63,319 nucleotides of DNA, filler included, from Bigelowiella natans CCMP2755 (GCA_000320545.1; 6 parts of 6 records of this genome joined end to end with filler, not necessarily neighbours in it); one strand, 5' to 3'; numbered from the whole stretch's first letter, positions 27,603 through 39,897 are shown. Notes: generated by a model from the sequence alone, not told the origin. Numbers and translations: made by a program.

Positions 27603-30426
27603 ACACAAATATACACTCACACACACACAAACACAAAGACACGTTTATGCATAAACGAGCGATATATCCTCTATAGTTGATATTAACAAAAGATGTGTAC
27701 AAGTCGTATCATTGCTACAATAAGCTTCGAGCTACTCGGTAAAACAGTTGAGATGAATCAGAACAGGAGCTGCTGTATGGGGGGGAAGGAAGGGGGGAGA
27801 CAATTTGACACACCTTTCCCGCCATTAGCGTCAGTGCAAGAGGGAACCTCGGCTTTCAATTGCAGCTCGAGAGGCTCATTCTCTCTGATGGTAATGTTCT
27901 GAGGCGATCCAGCTGATACGATGGGAATTGACTGGTCTGCCACCACAGTGAACTCAAATGTCTTCCAATCAGACGTGCCAAGCCAGTCCTGCGCCGTCAC
28001 GTTGATTGTGTGCGTACCGACTTGCAGATATTCTGCGGGTATGGAAAGGACCAAGGAATTCTTCGCGCTTGCATCTGTGATGAATTGGGTTGCTTCTTGT
28101 GAGAAAGTCGAACCCAGAACTGGCGTCCAGCTGATGTTGGGGGCCTTCCCTGCGCCGCCATCCACAAGAGCATTTGCGAAGAAGTTGGTTGACGTTCCTC
28201 CGCACTTGGATACCTTGGAAGGTGCAGACACCTCGAGCGCCAAGGTGGGATTGTTCTCCTCTGATTTTCCTAGGTTGTTAGAGAATGTCCCACCAGCTGA
28301 AGTGCGCAGAATAATATTATCCCCGGGGCTGATTTCGAAGCCATTCCCGAGCTCTATTCTCATCTCATTATTGCTATCAATCCAAATACATCTCGGAGAC
28401 TCGCCGAGCCTTGGCAAAGTTGCTGAGTGAGGAAACAAGCAATGGAAGAGGAGGACGAGAGCGGCAGGGTGGATGGGGAGGGGGAGCGAGGGTTAGCACA
28501 AAATGGGAATTGACAGGGATGCTACATGATCAATCACCAGCAGCACCAGGGTCACACGCTATTACCTCCATCGATTATAGGTTCGCAGTTTGTGTCCGAT
28601 GACATCGTTTTGAACTGATTTAACATTTCTGATGTTCTGAAATGAATGAGTATTTCTGTGAGCATGCCGTTGAATCTCGCCGTGAACGGAGAGATGGTAG
28701 GGCTTTGTGTGGTGGGCGAGATGCTGGGCGAGATGGTGGGCGAGATGGTAGGGCCTTGTGTGTTGGGCGAGATGGTGGGCAAGATGGTGGGCGAGATGGT
28801 GGGCGAGATGGTAGGGCCTTGTGTGTTGGGCGAGATGGTAGGGCCTTGTGTGATAGGCGAGATGGTGGGCAAGATGGTGGGCGAGATGGTAGGGCCTTGT
28901 GTGATAGGCGAGATGGTAGGGCCTTGTGTGTTGGGCGAGATGGTGGGCGAGATGGTGGAGATGGTTAGAGCTCTTATAATTTCAGAAGAATCAATTTTCA
29001 GCACCACCTCAGCATCTTTCGGGGCGCAATAGATACTACTAGTTGAGCTAACACTTACACACGCATGGTAGAGAGCTGATGGTCCTGGTGACGGGGCACC
29101 TGAATCAGAACAAGAAACCTCAACCTTTTCTGATACCGTGCTTACGTAGTGTATCTATTATCTTTTGTAATCTTCGATATCATCACTTCCATCATCAGCA
29201 GCAACGCGGCCAAACCTCTTCATTTCTATGTTACCTGTCAAGTCATCCCCGATAAACTTACTAGTCGAACTTCTTATCTTGAGCACTTTTGGTGGTTGGG
29301 CTCCAAATGGGGGGCAATAGACTGATGTGCTAATACTCATACATGAAACGTACATCTCCCCATTAGAACCTGTGTTTTCACCTTGACATCAAAGAACAGC
29401 AACACGTCAGGGTGGTCTCTTTACTTCGTGGAAATTGGAGGAGGAGGAGGAGGAGGAGGAGGAGGAAAGAAAGCATGTATTGAAAGAAAGAGAGAAAGAG
29501 AATATGAAGAAACGAGATGGAAAATCTTCACGGTGATGATGATGATCATACTTCCTGTTGGCATTGTCACATCTGCCATTTTCCCTGTTCCAATAAATTG
29601 GGTGATATTGCCTCCTCCAAAGGGAGCACAGAAAACTGTTGATCCTGATGCTGCGCAGGCCTTATAAACTGGCGCATAAAATGAATATGGATTAGCACAC
29701 GCGCGTGTGTGCGTGTGCGTGTGCGTGTGCGTGGGAAAGGGAACGAGGGAAGGGCCTTTTGCAGATGGTTTTTATGGGGAATAAAAGTAGAAACATAATC
29801 ATCATAATTAGTGCATGTACGTACCATTATCTTCCTCGGAGACTCGACTCCATTCGAGTGGGTATGTCCCTGCTGAACTAGAAATCCGTATTACCCGAGT
29901 CCCCACGGTATCGGAGTTGAAACAAAACACACTATTCCACGTAGTGGTGCACGTGCTATAAGTGTGGCTGAGTACACCGCTGATTGAGTTGCCTGAGTTT
30001 CACACAAAGACAAACACACCCCAGTCGCACATTTTAGCGATGGCAAAGAAGACAAGAGCACACTAGTTGCTCGCTCTCGTTGAGGTCTGGGAATCTTAAC
30101 AAAACAGCGTTCAAATTTTTGTTTTGCTCATTTGCAACGCTTTACGTCGAAGAGAAGGGTGTGGCCAGTTAAAATCATTACATTTCTCCAATTTCATATT
30201 ACAACGTCGCAATATGAAATCCTAGCATTTTCATGTGGGGGGGGTTGATGGGGTGATATCGAAACTGTAACTAGAGAATTTGTTGAAGGGCTTTTATTGA
30301 TATTACCTGGATTATGAAGATAGTTCATTACGCCACTTTTGTCAATCAATAAGATATCGCCAGAACTAGGAACGCAGAAGACGTTGTTTTCGAAGGTAGA
30401 GCAGGAGGTGTACTGCTCACTTCGAG
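21251..30426 (-). CDS. Large PKD1/REJ-like adhesion receptor: propeller-like repeats, mucin stalk, REJ module, GPS/GAIN site, multiple TM helices, C-terminal PDZ-like domain (5'-truncated)
   Basis: Five exon-encoded Y/H-x-x-C...(V/I)(Y/F)C-x-P...(V/I)LxI repeats (30426-28990), TISP repeats, and REJ-like LVLPSGLLLPGLTYTFRV...NRAPRLGSCSLAPTSGVALQTMFAFSCVGWSDEDLPLT|YRY. GPS reads CVFWNKTGSTWASAG...CKSFHLTSF. Then TM GMMAFVISIVGLALLL, RRKHPWFAVLARP...QKRLLLL, further TM segments, and LRVDHVFEKGRSSGIEIGWRVVRINGENV (PDZ-like). Stop at 21251. Confidence 0.85.
28690..28962 (-). repeat. Coding minisatellite (12-bp GGGCGAGATGGT-based units) encoding a TISP / TQGP mucin-like stalk
   Basis: Tandem units translate on the minus strand as (TISP)n interleaved with NTQGP / ITQGP. 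Confidence 0.9.
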
Positions 30427-30506
30427 CTGGGTGTTAAGAAGGGAATTATATGCATGAATACAACAACAGACATTCTCTCACACACAGATATACATACTAT
30501 AATATA

Positions 30507-30551
<45 letters not shown>

Positions 30552-30893
30552 ATATTATAGTATGTATATCTGTGTGTGAGAGAATGTGTGTTGTTGTATT
30601 CATGTATATATTTCCCTTCCTAACACCCAGCTCGAAGTGAGCAGTACACCTCCTGCTCTACCTTCGAAAACAACGTCTTCTGCGTTCCTAGTTCTGGCGA
30701 TATCTTATTGATTGACAAGAGTGGCGTAATGAACTATCTTCATAATCCAGGTAATATCAATAAAAGCCCTTCAACACATTCTCTAGTTAGAGTTTCGATA
30801 TCACCCCATCCACCCCCCCACACATGAAAATGCTCGGATTTCATATCGCGACGTTGTAATATGAGATTGGAGAAATGTAATGATTTTAACTGG
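30165..30893. repeat. ~729-bp imperfect inverted repeat (fold-back) centred on an (AT)n tract at a contig end; probable haplotype-join artefact
   Basis: CCAGTTAAAATCATT... at 30165 is mirrored by ...AATGATTTTAACTGG at 30893. About a dozen arm mismatches by eye. Confidence 0.9.
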
Positions 30894-30993
30894 NNNNNNN
30901 NNNNNNNNNNNNNNNNNNNNNNNNNNNNNNNNNNNNNTTAATTAATTAANNNNNNNNNNNNNNNNNNNNNNNNNNNNNNNNNNNNNNNNNNNN
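30894..30993. other. Assembly gap with an artificial TTAATTAATTAA six-frame-stop linker
   Basis: 100-nt N-linker-N block, identical in design to the four other gaps. Confidence 0.97.
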
Positions 30994-31564
30994 TCGATAG
31001 CTACTCTACCTAGCTGTTCCCGACTTACCCTTTGAGCACTGGTATAAGGTCCTGGGGGACCTTGATGCAGAGGGCTGGTATGGACACGAACCTAAGGACG
31101 AAGGTGAGTTCTGGGTAAGCGACAAAGGAGATAAGGTTAGAGAGGAATCTATTACCTGGTGGTTGGTGAAGTTCCGAAAGCGATGAAGGTCTAAGGGAAT
31201 AAGGAAGGAAGGAAGGAGCAACGTGACTTGGGGGAGGTGTAGCGCGTACCACTACGCGGGCACAAGTCACGTGCGACAACAAAGGGGTTGTCGCGGATAT
31301 AGAATATAGATAACGTAGATATTAATACAGCATAGGCACGTGGGTTCCGGCGGGACTCATGGCAGCACACCGGAAGTGTGCTGCCCCACGTGCGGCGGCA
31401 TTCGCGAAAGCTTCGCGAATGATTACGCAGTGCACGATTTAATAAAAATATAATCTTTAATAAAAATAAACACAACTCTTCAAAAGGAAGCAAACGTGCC
31501 TTTCCCCCCCCCCTGCCTACTTGTGCACGTAGCGCCTCGGCCTGTGAACACCTTACGCGCAACA
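30994..31564 (+). mobile_element. 3' end of an LTR retrotransposon (possibly Ty3/Gypsy chromovirus): ORF tail, PPT and 327-bp 3' LTR
   Basis: Open frame 31001-31186 (EHWYKV...WYGHEPKDEGEFWVS, chromodomain-like). A purine tract GGGGGAGG (31230-31237) is directly followed by TGTAGCGCGTA (31238), and the segment ends TACGCGCAACA (31564), a 10/11 terminal inverted match. AATAAA motifs at ~31441-31470. Confidence 0.55.
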
Positions 31565-31856
31565 GCCAGCACCAGAGCATGTGACACGACTAGACGATGC
31601 CACGCTTCACACACGTGACAAACCTAGCGCAACTGTTCACACAACAGCCAAACATGCACTTCTCTGGTTCCAGACATGCAAATCATTCAATTCAAGTGCA
31701 CTTTGAGACGTGAGCAGAAGAACACATTCAATAGCAGTTGCGATGGGAAATCAGCAATTTCTCACAAGGTGCTGTGATCTTTTGTTGACTTGCAGAATCA
31801 GATGTCAAATTACTATGTTGACGTAACTTCTAAATGCTAATGAAATGAATGATGCT

Positions 31857-33531
31857 TCACTGGGAGCAAGGAAAGTTAGCATCGTGCTTGAACTTCTTTG
31901 CAATGCGAGCAAAGATATTTGTACCTCCAAGCAGCTTCCAAGAGGATGGACCGCATCCATGCGTCTCAAAGTTGCGGGTGGTGTATGGGATTCCTGCTGG
32001 ATCACAGGAAGCTAGAGCATTTGGTCCTGGAAGGAAGTGAGACTCTTCAGTAGTGGACTCTTGAGAAAGACCACCAGTAATTTGTACAAGCCCTTCATGA
32101 CGTCCTTCAATGAGGCTGTAGCGCATGTCAAGCATAGGTGCATGATGAGCGCCCTTCATGTTCCAATGCTCTCTCTTGGAGCTCAGGAAAAGTTCTACAG
32201 CTCCGCGGCCTTCATTCTTTCGGCACATACAGCTAATAGCTTCATTGTAAACGCCTGGTTTGGCGCACTTATCACCGAACTCACCTGTAGTCTTCAGCAT
32301 AACATTTTTCGCGGAATCAAAATACATAATCTCATATGATTTGATTTCAGTATCATCTTGCCAGTTGTTTAGGGTTTCTTCCGTGAGACGAGCAAGCATG
32401 ACTGTATCTCTGCATTGGTATGCACTGGCGGTGGTATAGTTTTTTGTTTCTGTAGTTTTTGCAACGCAAGAAGAGATCTTGCCGTGATTCCATTGCGTAT
32501 CAAGGTAGGCTCCGGTATCTCGTAAGTCATATTGAGCTGTTATATGCAGAAGGAAAAAGGATTAGCACTTAGAAATTCAAGATGTCGCAAATAGATGAAT
32601 ATTACCAAGGCCAAACGAGGACAAATGCGGATCTCCATACGCTGCTCCGATGCAGGAAGGCCCAAAAGACCCCTCCTTGATGAACCCATAAGAATCGAAC
32701 AATTTGTCCCCCTCATCATATGCAGCGGCCTTTAGACAGTATTTTTTGTCTTTCTTAACCTCGAAGGCTTTGGTGATGAGCGTGTATGTTGCTGAGTCAA
32801 CTGGTTTGTTGAAAGTAGGAAGCCCGCTTATATGCTGCACGGGGGTTGTAAGCGTAGTAGCGCTTCCAATAACATCAGCCTTTGTGAAGTCTTTGATCAC
32901 GTTAAATCCTGACCATTTCTTTTTCAGTAGGATGACTACTCCATCTTCGTAGGTTCCATTTTGAGATCTACGATTAAATGGTTGTGGTTAAGAAAAGCTG
33001 TTTAATTGATGGGGCGGCGAAAAACGAAGAATCATGTTAATCCACTTGACTTACTCGGAGGTAGCAAACTGATATTTGAGTGCGACTAGAGTATTCTTCT
33101 TAGCTTTAAAGCAGATTCGAATGACAGATCCTCCTTTGTTTTTAGTTTTTGGAGGCTCGTTGATGATGCCGTCAAGATCAGGATCGATGTTATAGTTTGG
33201 AGTGACACCAAGACGCAGCGACGGCTTGCCGTAGAAAATTCCGGGATTTGTGAACCCCTTTTTCACTGGCCCGCCGCCAGTGATCCATACCGAGGATGGG
33301 TAGTACCAACCAGGCTCAAAAATACTTGCTCCAACGGTGGTGAACGTCTCTGTAGTTGTTGATCCATCACCCGCTCTGACATTTTCGTCCGCAGAGAGAG
33401 TCTGTAGATAACATTATTGGTGAGAAAAAATGATAAGGATAGAATCTTTCTAACGGGTACGAGGCAACCTGCCCACTCCAGACTGCGGTGGCAGTTGACA
33501 GAAAGGCAAGTGTGGCAGCAAAGCGCAACAT
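31857..33531 (-). CDS. Secreted protein: choice-of-anchor L-like domain + GDPH motif / vWD-like C-terminal domain (4 exons)
   Basis: Signal peptide MLRFAATLAFLSTATA. The spliced protein contains LKYQFATSESQNGTYEDGVVI and YCLKAAAYDEGDKLFDSYGFIKEGSF (choice-of-anchor-L-like), then CIGAAYGDPHLSSFGL|AQYDLRDTGAYL (vWD-like start). Stop at 31857. Confidence 0.75.
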
Positions 33532-34557
33532 GGATGATCAATTGGCGGTTGGATTGTGCTAGGACAACAGTCGGAGAGGCTGAGAGCTATAACAGTCCGG
33601 AGACAGGCTGAAGAACCCTAGCTCAGAAGAAAACCCCTGGAATAGCTTTGTTCTGCATGACAAGTAACTCAATGAGTTGTTTTTTTCTGTTTTTAAATTT
33701 TCCTTTCATGTTTTTTCCTCGATCTCGCAATGTTGCTCGTTGTCGCAGCCGCTAGTTTCTGCTGGGATCAGTCGCAATTCTCTCTATCTCGTTGGTGTTC
33801 ATCTATGGAATCTCTGGATGCAACGGCCGTTTGTTTTGTTTGCGGAGATAGCTTTCTTGATGCCCAGCGCCATCAAATTGTTAAGACACGTTTTGCTGTC
33901 CAAAGCTCGCTTCCGAAACATTTCGTAGCAGAATTCGTGATTTTCATATAAAGACAATACTTTGTTAATGTCGCAATAATTTTTTCATGCCATTTCTATA
34001 TTTCTACGCAATTGTTGCTGGACATCCTTGATTGCGCTCCAGCTTCGCAGAATATATTCTCATTGAATTGTCGCAATGAAGGATTGCATGTCGTCTGTAC
34101 AGTGAGGATGTACAAATTTCTGCCTCCAACGAATGGGGTCTTGCTACTGCGACAGGAAGTTCAACGTCCAAAATTGTTGCTTTAATTTAAAATGAACTTC
34201 CATTTCGGCTCGCACCCGATGCTTTCAGTAGAGAACAATGGGGGATTAGAGCAGTCGTATTGCTTTTGTCATTGTCGCACTTGTGGAATGTATGGAGTCC
34301 TTGATGCGTTCTGGATTCTGTCTGACGACATCTTATTTGAAAAATATAATGATCCATTGAGCAAACGGTAGCAAAGAAGACTTGAGGATTCAAACTTCCA
34401 CCAGCGCAGGTAATCATCGTGTATTGCGTGAAACTCAATAGATTTAACGTTATTTAGAATCTCCTCTCTCTTCCTTAGAAAAGCTCTAGAACGTATTGTA
34501 CTTAATAATCACGTCTATTGATTTCTGGCTTTGGGTAAAGGAAAGTTGTTAGGTGAC

Positions 34558-35446
34558 ATGGGGGAGGAGAGCGACCTTTTCGGGCGATATCCTTGGCTTG
34601 CATCAGGTCATACTTAAACAAAATACTAGTATTGTTACTACTGGAATACTGGAATAATATGTGTGTTTAATCTTTCTGATGTTAACACTTGCTATTGAAA
34701 TGAACTCGGGACCAAAACTCAAAGCCATTGATAACGAAAAAATGACTTCCTATTTTCCAGATATGGTCAAATTTGCTCTCATCGTTGGATTACAGGTCTG
34801 CTTGCCAGCTAAATATGTATTTATTCAATACTACTTTGGCTGGGTTAGTACTAACAAATTACTCTAAATGGTTCTTTCATTGTGCAGTGTCATAACGTTT
34901 TACAGCTGCTATCCTTCGATCAAAATATTGCAAAACGTAGAATACAGTGGTAATCCATAGCCTACTGACAGTGGCACTATTAAACTTCAAAAATGTTGAT
35001 ACCATATAAGAATCCTAATGGCGAAAGTATGTTCAAATGCCCCATCCGACCTAAAATATATTGAGAATATTCTGTTCAAATGCAACTCTGATAGGGTCAA
35101 TTTTGGAGTACAAACTTTAGCTTCCGTCACATTTCTAGTACGTGCCCCATATTTCGTCTAAAAGTGATTTTTTACATCATATCTCTCTTAGTTTTAATAC
35201 ATTTATAACTCAGGGATTCCATGAGCCGTTGCACTTCGGTTTGAAGCAAATGAATGAACGCAAAAAATATTAAGTCACATATTTAGGTTTCACATTTTAT
35301 ATCCCAGATAGAAACTAAGATAACGTTGTACAACCAGGATGGCAATGGTTTGTGGCCTCCCAAGGCATTCTTCTGGTTCGATTTTCTTTCAACTATTTCA
35401 TGGGAGGGAAATAAATGATAATGAGACTGGAAATAATTTAATCCCG

Positions 35447-35481
<35 letters not shown>

Positions 35482-36453
35482 AGAGTATGTGAACAAAAGA
35501 GAAGGGTTCAACACAACATTTAACTCAGATGATGCTTCTGGCGAATGCAACCTATATCACGTACGTTATTCCTACCTACGATTATATGTTTCTACTCCAA
35601 ATTTATTTCATAGTTTATGGTAAAACTTATGGGTTAGATGACCCCTTCATACTCAAAATAAAAATATAGAGCTATTTGATATGACAATAAAGGTACATTG
35701 TTGTAAAAGCAAGCTACCGCACGGCTAGGTTATCAACAGATTTTCCTCCGAGTATCGGGAAATATTTTTATGGCTCTTGCGTCTTCACTGAGACTATTTA
35801 TATTGCGATGGTACAAAATTGTCACATAGGTCTTACCGGTATTGCTTTGATGTAATTGTTGTTTTCCCCAGTTAATTTCAGTGATAATAACGGATTCTGT
35901 CGTCGTGAATTTCGCTAGGAATATGGCATTCCTACTTTGTACATTGACACTCTTTGTAATCTTCAGTTATTGCATGTGGTATTTTGCAGAAGAGAAATCA
36001 GAACATGAATTTATCAATATTTTAGAAACGATCGAATGCAAGTCAATAAAAAATAGATGTCTTTTAATCTCCGAATGTTCAGAGATTCAATCTTGATTTT
36101 ACGTCATAAAAATGCATCGCCAATAATTTGTTGTGCACAGGTTTCTAGATGTTCGAATTCGGAGATTACAACGTGAATCAGCTGATTTCGACCATGAATT
36201 AAATTGTAAGACTCATAGGGAGGGTCATGCAGCGATTAAATCTGATGTCAAATGCAGTAGCAGGTGTACTACAGAGCCTACGTTCAATTCGGGAACAAAA
36301 TTCTCAATGGAAAAAGCACGAAATGATACTCTTGAAGGTTCACGGCGCCGCATTAAAAAGTTAATCTGTCTTTCCCTATTTTTACGTCCTCGTTGCATTT
36401 GCCCTGCTCACCTTCTCCACAGTAGAGGTACATTTCACTCAAATAACCGATGA
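34558..36453 (+). pseudogene. Putative multi-pass membrane protein gene, probably disrupted
   Basis: Hydrophobic exon-like segments (VCLIFLMLTLAIEM; MVKFALIVGLQ; NMAFLLCTLTLFVIFSYCMWYF) and a final open segment to 36453. The first frame is broken at a local ACTGGAAT duplication (~34640-34658). Confidence 0.3.
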
Positions 36454-37206
36454 GTTGCAGCTAGAAGATTGACATGGTTTCGACTAGGCGATAATAGAAC
36501 GTGGCATAACGAATGACTTGTACTCTGATCAAGTTGCAGACGGTTCAAATAGGTATCGACCTCTAGAGGACTCTGCAAGCTACCTAATACTTTTTCTGTC
36601 TTTCAATTGTCAAGTTTATGCCCTCACTCCAATCAATGTAAAATTATGCTGAACATGTGATCAAAAGTATTTCGTTTAATAACAAAACACCAATTGTCCC
36701 TGATAATGAAGTGGCATTATTGGTCATGATCAGCTCTAGAGCTCAACTTTCATGGAAAACTTGCAAGGTAGCAAAGCTAGACAGCTCGCATACGCTAGAT
36801 ACGGCTATTTCACTTTTGCGCTCCAGTTTCGATTCATCTGGTCATGTTGATGTGATATCGGTTGAGCATGCTAGATAGCTATCTATGCTAGCATGACGAG
36901 ATGCGCTGCTTCATGCGAGGATGATGTGAGCACCAAGCACGCTAGCACGCCCTGATGAACTGATTTTACCATCAATGCAGCACTTCTTATCGAAATGAGG
37001 GTAGAGGGGTTGTTGCTGGATGCATGCAGGCCGCGCAAGTCAAAGTTTGGCAGATGGAGTTTCTAGCAATGCGCGCTGGCATCATTGTTTATTCGTGTAA
37101 TCGCGCCGAACTGTTCACCCTCTTTCGCCGCATTGTGGTTGTCGTACAAGCGCTGGGATCCAAAATAACCAGATCCAAAATAACCAAACAGCTACTGCCA
37201 ACGTCC

Positions 37207-37610
37207 TTAGCAACCGTTATCTTCCTCTTTATCGGAGTCACCGCCTTCATCGCCGTTCAGCTGCTCCTTTGCAAGCTTTAGAATCGTTTCTGACACGGAC
37301 GCGAAATGAGGACGTGCGCGGTGGGAGAGGCATGCGAAGGACGTGGGGGTACATGAGGTGGTTGATATTGCAAGAAGAAGAAGAAGAAGAAGATGGTGAT
37401 AAGGAAGAAGAGAAAGAAGATGCAAGACCACTCGGAGGTGCGGTACGATGCGAGGGCCGCTATGTCGGAATTGTCGATGTATGCGTTTTGGTTTTGTTTC
37501 GTTTTGTTGTATTTAGTTGTGTGCGGCGAAGGATGGTGGGGGGGGCGGGGGGAGGGTCACCTGCGTTGCTGGCTGCTTGTTCGACGAGAGATTTCTAAAA
37601 GAGAATGAAT

Positions 37611-37654
<44 letters not shown>

Positions 37655-37800
37655 AATAATTCCTCTGTATACCGCTCTATATTTACGTGTGCCTGGGGGG
37701 TAACTTGTGCTTTGTTTGCAATGATAGCAAAAGCTCACACACCTTCTGTTTGGCCACCATTTGTTGCGATTCAGATGCCTCCTTCCTCAGTTCCTATCGT

Positions 37801-37838
<38 letters not shown>

Positions 37839-38663
37839 GCATCAGGAGTGCGCATTAATACATCAAGTGATCCTCATTATTATATACAGCATTCTCGACG
37901 CCAACTACAGTGCTACTATGCGTGCGCGAGCATAGTGACGATAGGCATGTTGATGTCGTTCGGCACCGCCGCCCAGCATCAGCAACAACTAGACTAGACC
38001 TTCAACTCCTCGTCGAGCTTGCCAAGCGTGCCATCCAAGTTTTTCAACCTAAATTTGGAGGGGGGGGGGAGGGGGGGGCAGGTGGGCAACCGGCGATTAG
38101 TGCATTGCATCGTCAACTATAAGCCCACCACGGGTCGCAGCACACGATGGCGCATTGGAAGAAGAGAAGGAGGCACCTCCCTCCCCCCCCGGGCTAAACA
38201 CTATGAAGGTGTGAAAGAGGGGAGTGGGGCGGCTAGCTGCTTCGGTTTTTACTCGGTCTCAATCGCCGCCTTTTCCTCCTCATACTTGTGCGTTTTCTTG
38301 GTGATGATGTCGATGTTGTCCTTCGAGCGAGTGATGTAGTGCTCGTGTTTCCGGGTTAGTGCCTGCAATTCCGCGCTTGTCTACGAGGGGGTGGTCATTG
38401 GGTTTTGGGTTGTGTCCCAGAGAGCGAAGAGAGTGGGGGGGGGTGGGGGGGGGGTTGGCGAGTTATGAATGGGAGGGATTTTCTTTTAGTGAGAGAGAGA
38501 GAGAGAGAGAGTTGTGATTGAAGAATGCGATTACAAGTATGTGGATTTTCTTTCTTCTTCTTAAGATGTGTTGTTTTATCATTGAATTGCTTGTTTTCTT
38601 GGTCATTTGGCGAGACTGTTGCTTTCAGAGAGAACGGAGATATAAACGTGCGGATAATACATG

Positions 38664-38694
<31 letters not shown>

Positions 38695-38911
38695 TACCTT
38701 GGCGCAGAGGGCCTTCTGCTTGATTGTTGTCTTCCAAATAGCTGTGCATTTCACCTGTTTACACCGATGTTGGAGATGACGACGAAGGCCGAAGAGAAAA
38801 GAAGAAGAACAAGAACAAGAAGAAGGAAGAGACAGTACAGACGTCACAACTACAAATACCCAATACACAACACCAACGCCTTCTCAAATCGAGGAGGCAG
38901 GAAGAGAGATA

Positions 38912-38948
<37 letters not shown>

Positions 38949-39157
38949 CGGCAAAAAACACCACAAATAAAGCAAAGCGACCGACCAAAACAAGAGAAAC
39001 ACATCTCTTCCAAACAACGTAAAGAACAACTGAAAAAACCTAACGCAACTGCTACTATCATCAAAGAGCTGGTGACCTGCTCCTCGCGGATTTCCTCCTT
39101 CAACTCTCGGAGCCGGCGTTTGGATCCCTGGAGGGACTTTTCAGAGTCTGCTACTCG

Positions 39158-39198
<41 letters not shown>

Positions 39199-39355
39199 GT
39201 GCAAGTGGAGGAGAAAAGACGAGTGGGAAATAGCGATAAGAAAGCAAAAACGCCAACAAACAAGCAGCCTCAGGGTAGGCACCGCCACTCTCTTAAATTA
39301 AAAAAACTCTCGCTTCTACATCATAGAGAGTCCATATCAATCAACACAACACACG

Positions 39356-39388
<33 letters not shown>

Positions 39389-39865
39389 TCCTCCTCATCA
39401 TAATTATCATATTCATCATCATCATCTTTAACATCCAATTCTAGGCTTGTTATTTCGCACAACAACGCTCTTACCTGAAACTTAACGCGATTACTCTCAG
39501 AGTTCCGAACACTCCTTGTGTACGACTCGCGCAGCTCATCCAGCTTCCCCGCCAGGGCCTTCTTCTCCTGCAATGAATGGAAGGATGAGTGAATGCGGTG
39601 GTGAGGAGGGGGAGGGCAGGGCAGAGCGCACATCCACCATGGCGGGGGGCACGGCTTTGATTCGAATGGGATGGAGAGTTTGCATTGTTTGTTATGAGAG
39701 AAGATGCTTCATCATCGACGATATTCGTATAGTAGTAGTGGTAGTGGTAGTTGCAGCAAAAGTCTCAATAATACCGTCTTTTGCCCGATAATCTCGCGTT
39801 CTGCTTTCGCCACTTCGTTGCGAAATTCGGTTATCTTCACGTTGAGCTGTGAGAGAGATAGAGGG

Positions 39866-39897
<32 letters not shown>

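Noticed and set aside
28642-29032. Plus-strand repeat ORFs (GEMV / GRDG repeats)
   Set aside because: Antisense shadows of the TISP mucin repeat in the minus-strand receptor exon.
30938-30949. TTAATTAATTAA motif repeated five times in the window
   Set aside because: Always centred in a 100-nt N block. It is an artificial six-frame-stop scaffold linker.
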